Positions 53,793-62,916 of a stretch of 64,000 nucleotides of DNA are shown in pieces (the first letter of the stretch is position 1; each line of letters starts with the position of its first letter). The position numbers and the translations under genes were made by a program. Below the pieces are notes generated by a model that made no database searches, was not told the DNA's origin, and saw nothing but the letters and a program-made list of their open reading frames with translations. Source of the DNA: a virus; the IMG/VR virus record IMGVR_UViG_3300036795_000250, positions 1 to 64,000 of that record. One strand, written 5' to 3'.

Positions 53793-54224
53793 CTAGTGGC
53801 TGACCATTTCGCGCTGGACCGACCTCGCCCGATACCGCAAGAATCGAGCGAAAGCCACGATAGTGTCCTGATCCTCGCTGCTCAGATGCTGGACGAGTCG
53901 CAACAAAGCCACGATAGTGTCTTGATCCTCACTGCTCAGCTGTTGGACCAGCAGTCCCGAGATTCTGGCGATCACACCTGCGGCAGGTCCAGCGTCCTCG
54001 GCGAAGAAGTCGGACACCGGGCGGAGGTATACCCGTGCCAGCTTCGCGAGTTCCAGGCAATCGACTCGCCGACGGCCGCACTCGATCTCAGAGATCGCGC
54101 TGCGCGCGATGCCGGTCAGGTTCGCCACATACTGCTGGCTGAGCCCTTGGTCCTCGCGGGCCGCGCGCAGGCGCTGGGCTAGCTCGCGCTGTTCTGCGGA
54201 TATGTTCTCAGTGGGTGTGCGCAT
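53793..54224 (-). CDS. XRE-family HTH regulator (repressor candidate)
   Basis: LRAARE..GLSQ..VA...GI.RSAISEIE.GRR. Confidence 0.88.
   Translation of the reverse strand: MRTPTENISAEQRELAQRLRAAREDQGLSQQYVANLTGIARSAISEIECGRRRVDCLELAKLARVYLRPVSDFFAEDAGPAAGVIARISGLLVQQLSSEDQDTIVALLRLVQHLSSEDQDTIVAFARFLRYRARSVQREMVSH
53851..53948. repeat. 54-bp-period in-frame tandem duplication in XRE gene
   Basis: VQ(Q/H)LSSEDQDTIVA x2. Confidence 0.9.
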
Positions 54225-54299
54225 GGGGAGATCAGCTGACCGGGTTCCCAAGATCCAGGATGGCGGCCACTGCGTCGATCGCGTCCTTGGACCAGTCGC

Positions 54300-54590
54300 T
54301 CATCGGCGTGCTGCTTCCTCGTCGTATGCGTGCACTGCTTCCTCAACCTGCTCGACACCGTAGTCTCCCGAGTCAAGCCATTCGACGGCGCGCCACACTT
54401 CAGTCAGAGTGCCGTCGCCTTCGATTCCGGCAGCGGTCAGCGTCTCGTACAGGTGGTCAGTTGCCTTGGTGGCGAGTGAATCGGGCGCTAGCTCACGTAG
54501 CCGGTCACGCACCACCATCAGATCGTTCAGGTCAAGGTTGTTGTTCCAGGCGATCTGTCGGTACAGGAAGTTGTAGTTACCGCCGCTCAC
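54300..54590 (-). CDS. Hypothetical protein (MSGGNYNFLY...)
   Basis: GTGA overlap; VWRAVEWLDSGD. Confidence 0.7.
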   Translation of the reverse strand: MSGGNYNFLYRQIAWNNNLDLNDLMVVRDRLRELAPDSLATKATDHLYETLTAAGIEGDGTLTEVWRAVEWLDSGDYGVEQVEEAVHAYDEEAARR

Positions 54591-54823
54591 CGAGTCACCT
54601 TGCGGGTCGCCGCCCCGAGCCAACCGGTCAACCGAGCGAGCCGGTGACGACGAGCAGCCTTCCGCTCGGTCCGCCGTACGGCCACGATGCGATCGATCTC
54701 TCTGGAGACGTACTCATGTGCGTCGATCGCGGCCTGGGCTCGGCAGCGCAGAAAGTAGCCGGTCGGATCGTCGACCAACGCGTCCGCGTCAGCCCGGATC
54801 GCGTCCTTGGACCAGTCGCTCAT
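54587..54823 (-). CDS. Hypothetical protein
   Basis: MSDWSKDAI... ORF coupled to next gene. Confidence 0.55.
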   Translation of the reverse strand: MSDWSKDAIRADADALVDDPTGYFLRCRAQAAIDAHEYVSREIDRIVAVRRTERKAARRHRLARLTGWLGAATRKVTR

Positions 54824-54981
54824 GAGGCGCGAGTGTAGCGGCCCGTCAGGTGTCCTGGGAGCGCTGCCCGCAAGGGAGCAACCTCGGCGCGGAGCGGCGT
54901 CACGGTGTCCTCTCGTGGCCATACCTGTCCAGCCGTGTCACTCGTTCCAGGACCCAGTGGGCACGGAGTGGGCACGACACA

Positions 54982-55008
54982 GAAAAGCCCCGGCTGAAAA
55001 CCGGGGCT
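54982..55008 (-). terminator. Terminator downstream of the att core (replacement tRNA terminator)
   Basis: AGCCCCGG/CCGGGGCT stem then TTTCT. Confidence 0.8.
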
Positions 55009-55024
55009 GACCTGCACCAACGAG

Positions 55025-55052
55025 TGGTGGGCGATACTGGGATTGAACCAGT
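55025..55052 (-). other. att core = 3' end of a tRNA (probably Val)
   Basis: ACTGGTTCAATCCCAGTATCGCCCACCA: T-arm, acceptor 3' strand and CCA; no 5' half. Confidence 0.88.
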
Positions 55053-55206
55053 ATCATGGGCAGGGTGGCGATACTGGGTTGAGCAGGAAAAACGCCGTCT
55101 GACCAGCCAATACGGACACCAGTGTCGCCTGCCATAGGGGACACGACAGGACACAAGATGTACATTCGTGTGGGCACGTAGAGGGCACGAAATCTTGGAG
55201 GTCTAA

Positions 55207-56499
55207 ATGGCTCGTGGACAGAGACAGTTCGGCAGCATCCGCCTGCTTCCTTCGGGCCGCTTCCAGGCCCGGTACATCGGGCCGGACGGGCAGCGCTACA
55301 CCGCGCAGACGCCCGCAGGCAGACCTCGGACGTTCACTACGAAGGGTGACGCTGGGACCTGGCTCGACGGCAAGCACACGGACATCGAGCGCGGAGTGTG
55401 GGTGGCACCGGGTAGCCAGCCCTCGGTACCCGAGGAGCCTGCCAGACCCGTGACCTTCGGTGTCTACGCCGAGCAGTGGATGGCTGACCGGGCCAGTGAG
55501 CTCGCACAGACCACCTATGACCACTACACCCAACTGCTGCGTGATCACATCAACCCTACGTTCCAGGACACACCGCTGAGCGATATCAAGCCAGCAGGGG
55601 TCCGTGCGTGGCATGGCCAACTGGCCCGCGCCAAAGGGAAGAAAATCAGGGACAGGCCGACGACGCGTGCGCACGCCTACGGGCTGCTGCGCACGATCCT
55701 GGGTGCGGCGGTCGCTGATCACGACCAGAAGTTGATCAGCGTCAACCCTTGCCACATTAAAGGCGCCGGGGTGGCAAAGCGGGCTGTGGACATCGAGACC
55801 GTCACTCTGGACGAGCTGACCATCATCGTGGCGAAGATGCCACCTCGGTATCAGCTGATGGTGCTGTGGGCTGCCTGGTGTGCGCTGCGGTTTGGCGAAC
55901 TGGCCGAACTTCGTCGCTCGGACGTGGACGTCGTCAAATCTGTGGTGCGTATTCGGCGCGGCGTCACGCGCAGCAAGGGCAAGCGGATTGTCAAAGGCCC
56001 GAAGTCCGAGGCAGGGAAGCGGTCGGTCGACATTCCGCCGCACCTGATGTCGTTGGTCATCGCGCACTTGCGAGACCATGTTGGCACTGAGCCTTCGGCG
56101 CTGTTGTGGCCCTCGTCGAGCGATCCCAACCGACACCTGGCGCCGTCCACTCTGTACAAGGTCTATTACCCTGCCCGTGAGGCTGCCCATCGTCCCGATC
56201 TGCGCTTCCATGATCTCCGGCACACTGGTGCAGTGTTGACTGCCGCGACTGGTGCCACCATCGCGGAACTGAAGGCACGGCTAGGTCATGCGACCTTCAC
56301 GGCTGCAATGCGCTACCAACATGCCTCGAAGGAGAGCGGGAAGAGAATCGCCGCTGCGCTGTCCGGCCTCGTGGCGGTTCCCGGTGACACGAGGCCGCAG
56401 GACCAGGTCGACCAGATCCGTCAGCTTCTCGCTGAGGCAACTCTGACTGACGAGATGAAGGCGGTACTGCGCAAGGCAATCGAGGGCGACGCTGCTTAG
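55207..56499 (+). CDS. int: Tyrosine integrase (L5/D29-like)
   Basis: FGSIRLLPSGRFQARY.GPDG arm domain; LRFGE, HDLRH, LGH, RYQH. Confidence 0.95.
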   Translation: MARGQRQFGSIRLLPSGRFQARYIGPDGQRYTAQTPAGRPRTFTTKGDAGTWLDGKHTDIERGVWVAPGSQPSVPEEPARPVTFGVYAEQWMADRASELAQTTYDHYTQLLRDHINPTFQDTPLSDIKPAGVRAWHGQLARAKGKKIRDRPTTRAHAYGLLRTILGAAVADHDQKLISVNPCHIKGAGVAKRAVDIETVTLDELTIIVAKMPPRYQLMVLWAAWCALRFGELAELRRSDVDVVKSVVRIRRGVTRSKGKRIVKGPKSEAGKRSVDIPPHLMSLVIAHLRDHVGTEPSALLWPSSSDPNRHLAPSTLYKVYYPAREAAHRPDLRFHDLRHTGAVLTAATGATIAELKARLGHATFTAAMRYQHASKESGKRIAAALSGLVAVPGDTRPQDQVDQIRQLLAEATLTDEMKAVLRKAIEGDAA

Positions 56500-56672
56500 T
56501 CCTGCGAGCTGCGGAATGCGCGGAAGGCTTGGGTCGTTCCACACATGAGCAGGACACACACTGGCAGGGTGTCCAGAAGCGTGCCAAACCCCACATAGCC
56601 AGCTACCCAGCCGCTGAAGATGTAGAACGCCCAGCTTCCGTAGGCGTAGCGGATTACCTCAGCTCTGCTCAC
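56496..56672 (-). CDS. Small membrane protein (58 aa, not in ORF track)
   Basis: Hydrophobic ORF read by hand; no clear RBS. Confidence 0.35.
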   Translation of the reverse strand: MSRAEVIRYAYGSWAFYIFSGWVAGYVGFGTLLDTLPVCVLLMCGTTQAFRAFRSSQD

Positions 56673-56738
56673 GAGGATCTACGCTAGCAGAGCCTTCTTC
56701 GCCGCTCACCAAGCCGCCATGCAAGAGAGTTACTGATC

Positions 56739-56972
56739 ATGCCTAGTGTTCATGACCCGAACACCGTCCGGAGCGGTCTTGACCAGTTCTCCGGCGACCT
56801 CGATGCTGCGGTGGCCGCACTGCGCAAGATTGTGGAGCATCCGTTCGCCCAGCGCGATGATATCCTTCTGGACGTTATTCGACCGGCAGAGAATTCAGCC
56901 AATGCCGCGTCCCGTTTGGCGCTCGTTCTAGCCGATCACATTGACCCTATCGCCGAGCCCCCGAAGGACTGA
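56739..56972 (+). CDS. Hypothetical protein
   Basis: ORF in a small operon. Confidence 0.55.
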   Translation: MPSVHDPNTVRSGLDQFSGDLDAAVAALRKIVEHPFAQRDDILLDVIRPAENSANAASRLALVLADHIDPIAEPPKD

Positions 56973-56974
56973 TC

Positions 56975-57349
56975 ATGACCGATGATCCCGGGCAACTCGT
57001 CAAGGACTACCGCACGAACCAGGCCGCGTCACGGCGGCTGCGGGGTGCCCGCTTCGGGGCTGGAGGCTACGCGAACGCGGGCATCGAGGCGATAGCTCGC
57101 AGCCGCAGTAACGCTGCGCGCGACCCACTCGTTGAACCGTCGGTCGCGATCAGAACAGCGATCGCCAAGCTTCCGTGCGGCGAGGACTTGATCGCCGCAT
57201 TGAAGGAAGAGGACAGGGCACAGGAGGACCTTAGGAGCGCGCACAGTTGGGGTGAGGAAGGGCTGACGCCCGCCCACCGCGAGACTCTGCGCAACAAGAA
57301 GAAGATCGTGGACGAGTTGGCAACCAAGATGCGCTCGATGGTCTTCTAG
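56975..57349 (+). CDS. Hypothetical protein
   Basis: AAGGA RBS. Confidence 0.6.
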   Translation: MTDDPGQLVKDYRTNQAASRRLRGARFGAGGYANAGIEAIARSRSNAARDPLVEPSVAIRTAIAKLPCGEDLIAALKEEDRAQEDLRSAHSWGEEGLTPAHRETLRNKKKIVDELATKMRSMVF

Positions 57350-57900
57350 GACTCATCGACGAACGTGTCGCCCGGCTCACTCCACTTACGGAAGCACGCT
57401 TCCCGCTCGCCTGGTTTCCACGGCTTGAGCACCCATGCTGGGTCGCTGTCGCCGAACAGGTAGTCGGTCGAGACCTTCTCGGGCAATGCGGCGCGGCCCG
57501 CATGCTCCCAGGCCGGGAGCCCGCACTTGTCGCAGTATCGAAAGGACTGACCGATCCAGTGATATCCCTCGGGGCACGGCACCTCAGGAGACGGCTGGGT
57601 GCTCCGCTCCTCGGTCTCGTCCACGAACAGACCTATGGCGGTGACGGTGATACGTGCCGCTCGGCGGTATTCCCTGTGAATGTCGTCGTGTAGCTCATTC
57701 CATGGCTTGATTGACCACGGAGATACCCGGTTGTCGGCGATGTAGGCAACCTCTGCGGCTTGCTCGATCTCCTTCGAGGTGACACTGCGCCGGAACCCGG
57801 CCGCCAGGATGGTCTTGGCACACCTGACAGGGTTCCCTACGTAGCCCCACGACTTGATCCCTGTCACAAGCCTGGCGAGGTCATCTTGGTCGTTCATCAT
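57346..57900 (-). CDS. Hypothetical phage protein
   Basis: Coupled start; CPEGYHWIGQ...CDKCG.P.WEH. Confidence 0.65.
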   Translation of the reverse strand: MMNDQDDLARLVTGIKSWGYVGNPVRCAKTILAAGFRRSVTSKEIEQAAEVAYIADNRVSPWSIKPWNELHDDIHREYRRAARITVTAIGLFVDETEERSTQPSPEVPCPEGYHWIGQSFRYCDKCGLPAWEHAGRAALPEKVSTDYLFGDSDPAWVLKPWKPGEREACFRKWSEPGDTFVDES

Positions 57901-58466
57901 TCACTGCACCCGTGCTGGTGGTCCGGGGTTGCACTCCACTGCCTCAACAAGGCGCGGATCTCGGTGACGGCGTCGCTGGAGGTGGCCGATGCAGCGACCG
58001 TGTCGTAGAGCGTGTACGCCGCGAATTCAGGAAGGATAGTGGCTCGGCGCCGCATATCATCCAGCTCACTACGCAACTGCTCGTTCCGCTCGGCGAGAGC
58101 TTGCGCGTCCGCGAGGTTCGCTTCGTCGTTCTCCTGAAAGGCGCGGTATGCCTGCCCTAGCTCGATACGTGCCTGTGCCAGCTCGGAGCGCAGCTGGGCT
58201 ATCGGATGTCGATGAGACGCTGCGGCTGCTGAGGACGCTGCTGCCGAGGACACCCGTGGGCCAGCGGGCCGGAGCGAGTTGGTGTAGACAAAGGCTGTGT
58301 TGCCTCCGCTAGGGTCGTCGGCGCGCCACCGATCGTCAGCGATCTCTGTGTATTCCGGAGTGGAGTGATGCGGACCGACGTAGGTGCCGGTACACGTACC
58401 GGCGATGTCCGTGCAGCTGTCGCCCGTGACGGGGTCTCCAGGGGCGAACCTGTGTTCCTCAGGCAC
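57897..58466 (-). CDS. Hypothetical protein with coiled coil
   Basis: AAGGAG before GTG 58466. Confidence 0.6.
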   Translation of the reverse strand: MPEEHRFAPGDPVTGDSCTDIAGTCTGTYVGPHHSTPEYTEIADDRWRADDPSGGNTAFVYTNSLRPAGPRVSSAAASSAAAASHRHPIAQLRSELAQARIELGQAYRAFQENDEANLADAQALAERNEQLRSELDDMRRRATILPEFAAYTLYDTVAASATSSDAVTEIRALLRQWSATPDHQHGCSE

Positions 58467-58701
58467 CGCTGGTCTCCTTCGCACCGGCATTCCCAGCAGC
58501 ATCCCCTGCGGGCGGCCGATTCTGGTGCCGCGCCAGATAGCCACCGAGGAACGCGACCGCGCCCGGTACGACCACGTCAACCAGAGCTTCAACAGGCACG
58601 GGGAGCACGCCGTGGAACAGGTACTGCGTGAGTAACCAGCACACACCGGCCGCGACGATCGCGCCTGAGGTGGCTGCGGTGACTTTCGGTTCGATATTCA
58701 T
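58459..58701 (-). CDS. Putative holin (2 TM)
   Basis: EPKVTAAT...AVAFLGGYLA.H..R, an actinophage holin-like pattern. Confidence 0.7.
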   Translation of the reverse strand: MNIEPKVTAATSGAIVAAGVCWLLTQYLFHGVLPVPVEALVDVVVPGAVAFLGGYLARHQNRPPAGDAAGNAGAKETSGA

Positions 58702-58711
58702 GATTTGTTTC

Positions 58712-58897
58712 CTACTCTCGGGCTTCTTTCCAGGGGATGTGCGGTCCACTGTGAGGATGGGTTAGCGGACATCCTCGTTTGACGACAACCAGTTCAGGGA
58801 TTGCTAGTTCTTGTGGAATAGCCGCAATAGCGGCTTCGTGCGGCGCATCATCATGAAACCCGTACGGTGCTTGACACACCGGGCACGGTACCATCAC
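58712..58897 (-). CDS. Small hypothetical protein (CxxC...H)
   Basis: GAGAG upstream; fills operon gap. Confidence 0.5.
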   Translation of the reverse strand: MMVPCPVCQAPYGFHDDAPHEAAIAAIPQELAIPELVVVKRGCPLTHPHSGPHIPWKEARE

Positions 58898-58925
58898 GCT
58901 CTCTCGCCCCGTCTCTGTCGTCGCT

Positions 58926-59138
58926 TCAGGCCGTCGGCAGTTGTCTGGCCAATGCTTCGACGTCGTCCAGACTGACCTTCAGCAGGCGTGGACCGACCCG
59001 GTATCCAGGAAGTCGCCCCATCGAGATCCAGCGACGCATGGTGCGCGGCGAGACATCCGCGACCGCAGCCGCCTTCGCCACCGACGCGAGTCGTGTCGGG
59101 AGCCGTGTGCCGGTAGTCTTCGCTTTTGCTGCACTCAC
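58926..59138 (-). CDS. xis: Excisionase/recombination directionality factor (HTH_17)
   Basis: AA..ADVSPRTMRRWI..GRLPGYRVGPRLL.V...DVEAL; GGAGG RBS. Confidence 0.85.
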   Translation of the reverse strand: MSAAKAKTTGTRLPTRLASVAKAAAVADVSPRTMRRWISMGRLPGYRVGPRLLKVSLDDVEALARQLPTA

Positions 59139-60016
59139 GTTGCCTCCAAGGCTTCGGTGATGCCTTGCGCCAGACTGATTGTGGGTTGATAGAACGACAG
59201 CATCTTGCTGGGGTTGCCAACCCGGTGAAAGACACCCGTTGGCGCATCGAGTTTGTGCTCGATCACGGGCGAGTAGCCGACCTGTTGTGCCACGAACCGG
59301 GCCAGTTGGTTGAAGGAGGTGCTGGTGCCCGAGCACAGGTTGGTCGGCCCGTCGATCTCTTGCTCCACGGCGACTAAGGTCGCGCCCACGATGTCATCGA
59401 CATGGATCCAGTCCCGCACTTGCTCACCGTCACCCCAGACCTCAAACGGATCCATCCTGCGCTTCGCTCGCCGGATGAAGCTGGGGAACGGATAAGTGAG
59501 GTCCTGGTCGGACGCGTAGCCAGAGAATGGGCGCAGCACGGTGACCCGGGATGTCGAATAGGACGCCAGCACCTCGCCCGTGAGTTTCACCCAGCCGTAG
59601 GTCTGATCCGGTGACCCACTGAGATCCTGGAAGTTGATGTCGATTTCGGACAGTCGCCGCGCCACGGACCGTCCTAGGTCTGGCCAGTGTTGCTGGAGCC
59701 AGGTGGGGTAGGCGGCCGAGCTGGAGTAGTACACCGCTCGCGGGGTGCCGGAGAGCTCCAGCCACCGGAAGAACCAGGCATCCAACGCTAAGTTTGTGGC
59801 TATCATGATTGGCGCGTTCTCAATACTCTGACGGCCGCCGACAATAGCTGCGCAATGGATCGCGAGGTCATATCGATGTGTGTTGTTGCGGAACATGTGC
59901 AGGCAGTCGATGCCGTCCTTAACATCCCAGCCTTCAACGAAGTCGCCTCGTGCCACCAGCGCCTTCGTCAGATGACGCCCGAGCAGACCGCTCGACCCGG
60001 TCACCAATACCCTCAC
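59135..60016 (-). CDS. NAD-dependent epimerase/dehydratase
   Basis: VTGSSGLLG, SSSAAY, YGWVK, GDGEQVRDWIHVDD. Confidence 0.93.
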   Translation of the reverse strand: MRVLVTGSSGLLGRHLTKALVARGDFVEGWDVKDGIDCLHMFRNNTHRYDLAIHCAAIVGGRQSIENAPIMIATNLALDAWFFRWLELSGTPRAVYYSSSAAYPTWLQQHWPDLGRSVARRLSEIDINFQDLSGSPDQTYGWVKLTGEVLASYSTSRVTVLRPFSGYASDQDLTYPFPSFIRRAKRRMDPFEVWGDGEQVRDWIHVDDIVGATLVAVEQEIDGPTNLCSGTSTSFNQLARFVAQQVGYSPVIEHKLDAPTGVFHRVGNPSKMLSFYQPTISLAQGITEALEAT

Positions 60017-60621
60017 GACCGTACCCCTGCCACTACTTGCGCTCCACCAACGATGTCATGCTTGACCACTGTGAAACCGCCCGCGTTGAGCAGTTCGACA
60101 TACCCCGCCTTGTCCCACGCCCAGGTGTGGAAGGGGTAGTGCGCGTCTGGAGACTCAAACGCGGGCGAGGATGCGATGAGGATCCGCGAGTGTTCAGCGA
60201 CGCGTTGCACGAACAGCTGGGGCGCCGTCAGATGTTCGAGCACCTCCGTCGCAACCGCGACATTCCCCCACTCGATCTGCGGGCCCCAGATGTCGCCATA
60301 GCGCGCATCGACATGCCGAGCGGCCACCGCCGGCCGGATGTTGGAGGGTTGCAGGTCATATCCCCAAGCCCGGCAGGGCACATGCGAGGACTTCAACAGA
60401 GACAGCAGGCCCCCGTCCCCGCAGCCGAGATCGACCACCGTCGGGACAATGCTGGGTGGCATCAGGCTGGTGACCGCCCAGTCGACCAGGCGGGCCGCCG
60501 CTAGCAGTCGCTCCTTATGGTCCGGCTGCTCTAGATGTGCTGCACGTTCCCGCGCCGCATACCATGACGCCGTCGTGTGCTCAGGGATAGTGTCGTCCTC
60601 GAAAAGCTTCCATTCAGCCAC
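60013..60621 (-). CDS. Class I SAM-dependent methyltransferase
   Basis: VDLGCGDG, TEVLEHL. Confidence 0.9.
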   Translation of the reverse strand: MAEWKLFEDDTIPEHTTASWYAARERAAHLEQPDHKERLLAAARLVDWAVTSLMPPSIVPTVVDLGCGDGGLLSLLKSSHVPCRAWGYDLQPSNIRPAVAARHVDARYGDIWGPQIEWGNVAVATEVLEHLTAPQLFVQRVAEHSRILIASSPAFESPDAHYPFHTWAWDKAGYVELLNAGGFTVVKHDIVGGAQVVAGVRS

Positions 60622-61351
60622 TGTTCACATCACCATTCGCGCGAACAGACCGCTCATTGGCGAGATCTCGAATCAGCTTTGCCGCAACAGGGAGCTCGAA
60701 CTGTTGCCACAGGCGGAATTCCTCCATGTCGTGGCTGTTGGTGTCCGAGCTGTTGCGCGTGCGGTAGCCGTCATCCCAATCGCTCAGCCCAGCGCTCGGG
60801 TGTAGGTGCTGGATGTGCATGTGCGGCAGATACGTCAGACAGTGTGCTGCTATTCCCAACTCCAGCCAGGCATTGTCCACCCAGAGGTGGTGCATTCGCG
60901 GTGGTGCCATGTAGCCGATGGCCTCGACGATTGCGGCGGTCATGACAATCGCGGTCGGCAGCCGAGGACCTTGGATGCCGTCATCGCCGTACACCATGCC
61001 GGTGCCCATCCCACGGAGCACGCGGATCGCATGGTCGGCCCAGTCGCCCTGCGGCAGGTGGTCATCACCCATGAACGCGAGCATCTCGTAGCGATCCAGG
61101 CAGTGTGCTGCCAACAGGTTGAGCGCCATCACCATGCCTGGTCGATGTCCTTCGGGCAGGATCACGATCTCGCCGGACGTGATGCGCTCTGCCGCGAGCT
61201 CCCGGTATCCGGCCAGCTTCGGATCATCCGCGTCCACGCCCACGAATACGTCGACATCCGGTGCTGTCTCGCGGCAGGTGCGTAGGAGCCGACGGGTATT
61301 GTCCGGGCGCCCTCGGGATGGGACCAGCACTGCGAGTGTGAGTTCGGGCAT
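60614..61351 (-). CDS. GT2-like (GT-A) glycosyltransferase
   Basis: LVPSRGRP, FMGDDH, HHLWVD, HLHP. Confidence 0.87.
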   Translation of the reverse strand: MPELTLAVLVPSRGRPDNTRRLLRTCRETAPDVDVFVGVDADDPKLAGYRELAAERITSGEIVILPEGHRPGMVMALNLLAAHCLDRYEMLAFMGDDHLPQGDWADHAIRVLRGMGTGMVYGDDGIQGPRLPTAIVMTAAIVEAIGYMAPPRMHHLWVDNAWLELGIAAHCLTYLPHMHIQHLHPSAGLSDWDDGYRTRNSSDTNSHDMEEFRLWQQFELPVAAKLIRDLANERSVRANGDVNSG

Positions 61352-61378
61352 CAGGTCCTCGTTTGCGGAAGTGGGGGG

Positions 61379-61687
61379 TCAGACGGCTGTATGCGGGTGA
61401 GTTGCGTTGACCGCGTCTCGGTAGTCATCCAGCACCTGCTGCGCGGTCGGGGCGTCGTGCGGATGATGCTTGCGGCACACCATGTGCTGCGTGCCCTGGA
61501 CCTGGAGCTTGCCGAGTCTCCAGCAGCCTTTGACGTGGCAGTTCTTGTGTCGTAACCAGCCAACCGCGACGCCGACAATGGTGACTTCGCCGATGTCTGA
61601 TCCCGGGCCGGACCAGAATGCGTAGTGCGGGCCGGTCCCGCTGATACCGAAGAAGACATAGAGCCAGTTGCCGATGTCGGTCCACAT
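61379..61687 (-). CDS. Small membrane-anchored protein with Cys/His motif
   Basis: GAGG RBS; YAFWSG.GSD, NCHVKGCWRLG...CRKHHP. Confidence 0.7.
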   Translation of the reverse strand: MWTDIGNWLYVFFGISGTGPHYAFWSGPGSDIGEVTIVGVAVGWLRHKNCHVKGCWRLGKLQVQGTQHMVCRKHHPHDAPTAQQVLDDYRDAVNATHPHTAV

Positions 61688-61712
61688 GGCATCGTGTCCT
61701 CTCCGCGCTCAT

Positions 61713-62852
61713 CTACATTGCCTGCATTTCGTCCAGAGAGAGCCGGCGCACGGGTATGGGCGTGGGAATGGGAAGCGGGGCTGGCTGGGCCGAGGGGCGC
61801 CCCTTGCTCAGTTGCTCGCTCATCACCACGATCGCCAGTTCGAGCGTGCAGCGCCCGTCATCTCCCAACCGGGCCGTGGTCTGCACCTGCCACAACACCG
61901 TGAGCGCGGCGAGAATCCGATCGGCGCCGATCTGCACGGCTAGGCGCTCGCGGGCCGCCAGCGCGCTGGCTTGGCAGGTCAACCTCGATCCGCCTTTGAG
62001 GACCATCAGATCGCGCAGGCAGCGGACCAGAGCCGTGGTGATCGTCTGTGGGTCGCCGGTCCGGTACAGTTGCTCATCGACCGCGCGCAGTGCGCTCACC
62101 ACATCAGCGTCATACATCGCCGCTATCAGACCAGGGGCGAAGTCGTCCTCACCCAGCACCTCCAGGAACTGTTCCACGGTGCGGATGCCGACCCGGGTGA
62201 CCTGGTCCAGCAGCATGACGGCATCCCGCATCCCACCATCGGCACGCTCAGCGATAAGGCGCAGCAATGGCTTCTCCGCGTCGAGGTTCTCCTGTGTACA
62301 GATGTGAGCCAGCCTGTCTGTCATGTCGTGTACGGTCAGGCGCCGGAAGTTGAACGTCATGCAACGGCTCAGCACCGTATCTGGTATCCGCCGTAGCTCT
62401 GTGGTGAGTAGAACGAAGACATTGTCGGGAGCGGGTTCTTCGAGCATATTGAGCAGTACGTTAAAGGCGTCCCGACGCAGAGACTGACATTCGTCGAGGA
62501 TCACCACTCGCTTGCGCCCGTTGATGGTATAACGCACAGTCTCCCGGAGCGCCCGGATGTCGTCGACCAATCCGTTGGACGCACCATCGATTTCCAGCAC
62601 GTCCAGCGATTTTCCCTGCAACACCGCCACACAGGACACGCAGGAGCCGCAGGGACCGGGCGTCATGTCGCAGTTGAGGGCCGCGCCGAGGATGCGAGCG
62701 CTGGAGGTCTTGCCGAGGCCAGCGGCCCCTTCAAACACCATGGCCGCTGGGATGGATTCCTTGATAGCCATCTGGCGCAGGATCAATGACACTGATCGCT
62801 GGCCCACTATCTCACCAAAGCCGGAAGGGCGATATTTGTTCGCCAACAACAT
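61713..62852 (-). CDS. dnaX: DNA polymerase III gamma/tau-like clamp-loader subunit
   Basis: KYRP..F.EIVGQ, G.GKTS.ARI, PCGSCVSC, EIDGASN, LEEP, SRC, GGMRDA. Confidence 0.93.
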   Translation of the reverse strand: MLLANKYRPSGFGEIVGQRSVSLILRQMAIKESIPAAMVFEGAAGLGKTSSARILGAALNCDMTPGPCGSCVSCVAVLQGKSLDVLEIDGASNGLVDDIRALRETVRYTINGRKRVVILDECQSLRRDAFNVLLNMLEEPAPDNVFVLLTTELRRIPDTVLSRCMTFNFRRLTVHDMTDRLAHICTQENLDAEKPLLRLIAERADGGMRDAVMLLDQVTRVGIRTVEQFLEVLGEDDFAPGLIAAMYDADVVSALRAVDEQLYRTGDPQTITTALVRCLRDLMVLKGGSRLTCQASALAARERLAVQIGADRILAALTVLWQVQTTARLGDDGRCTLELAIVVMSEQLSKGRPSAQPAPLPIPTPIPVRRLSLDEMQAM

Positions 62853-62916
62853 CGCGAGGCACGCTCCTTCAATCTGTCACCATCAGCCCGGCTCGCAAGC
62901 TGGCTGCATCGTCACG

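Larger units (their letters stand above)
54277..54823. repeat. 27-bp exact direct repeats (54277-54303 and 54797-54823)
   Basis: GATCGCGTCCTTGGACCAGTCGCTCAT twice; both encode MSDWSKDAI on - strand. Confidence 0.9.
54957..55189. other. attP region with tandem arm-type sites G(T/A)GGGCACG on both sides of the core
   Basis: Sites at 54957, 54968, 55170, 55181 (11-bp period); adjacent to integrase. Confidence 0.8.

Noticed and set aside
55025-55052. Complete tRNA gene
   Set aside because: Only the T-arm and 3' acceptor strand are present; upstream sequence forms no D or anticodon arm, so it is an att core
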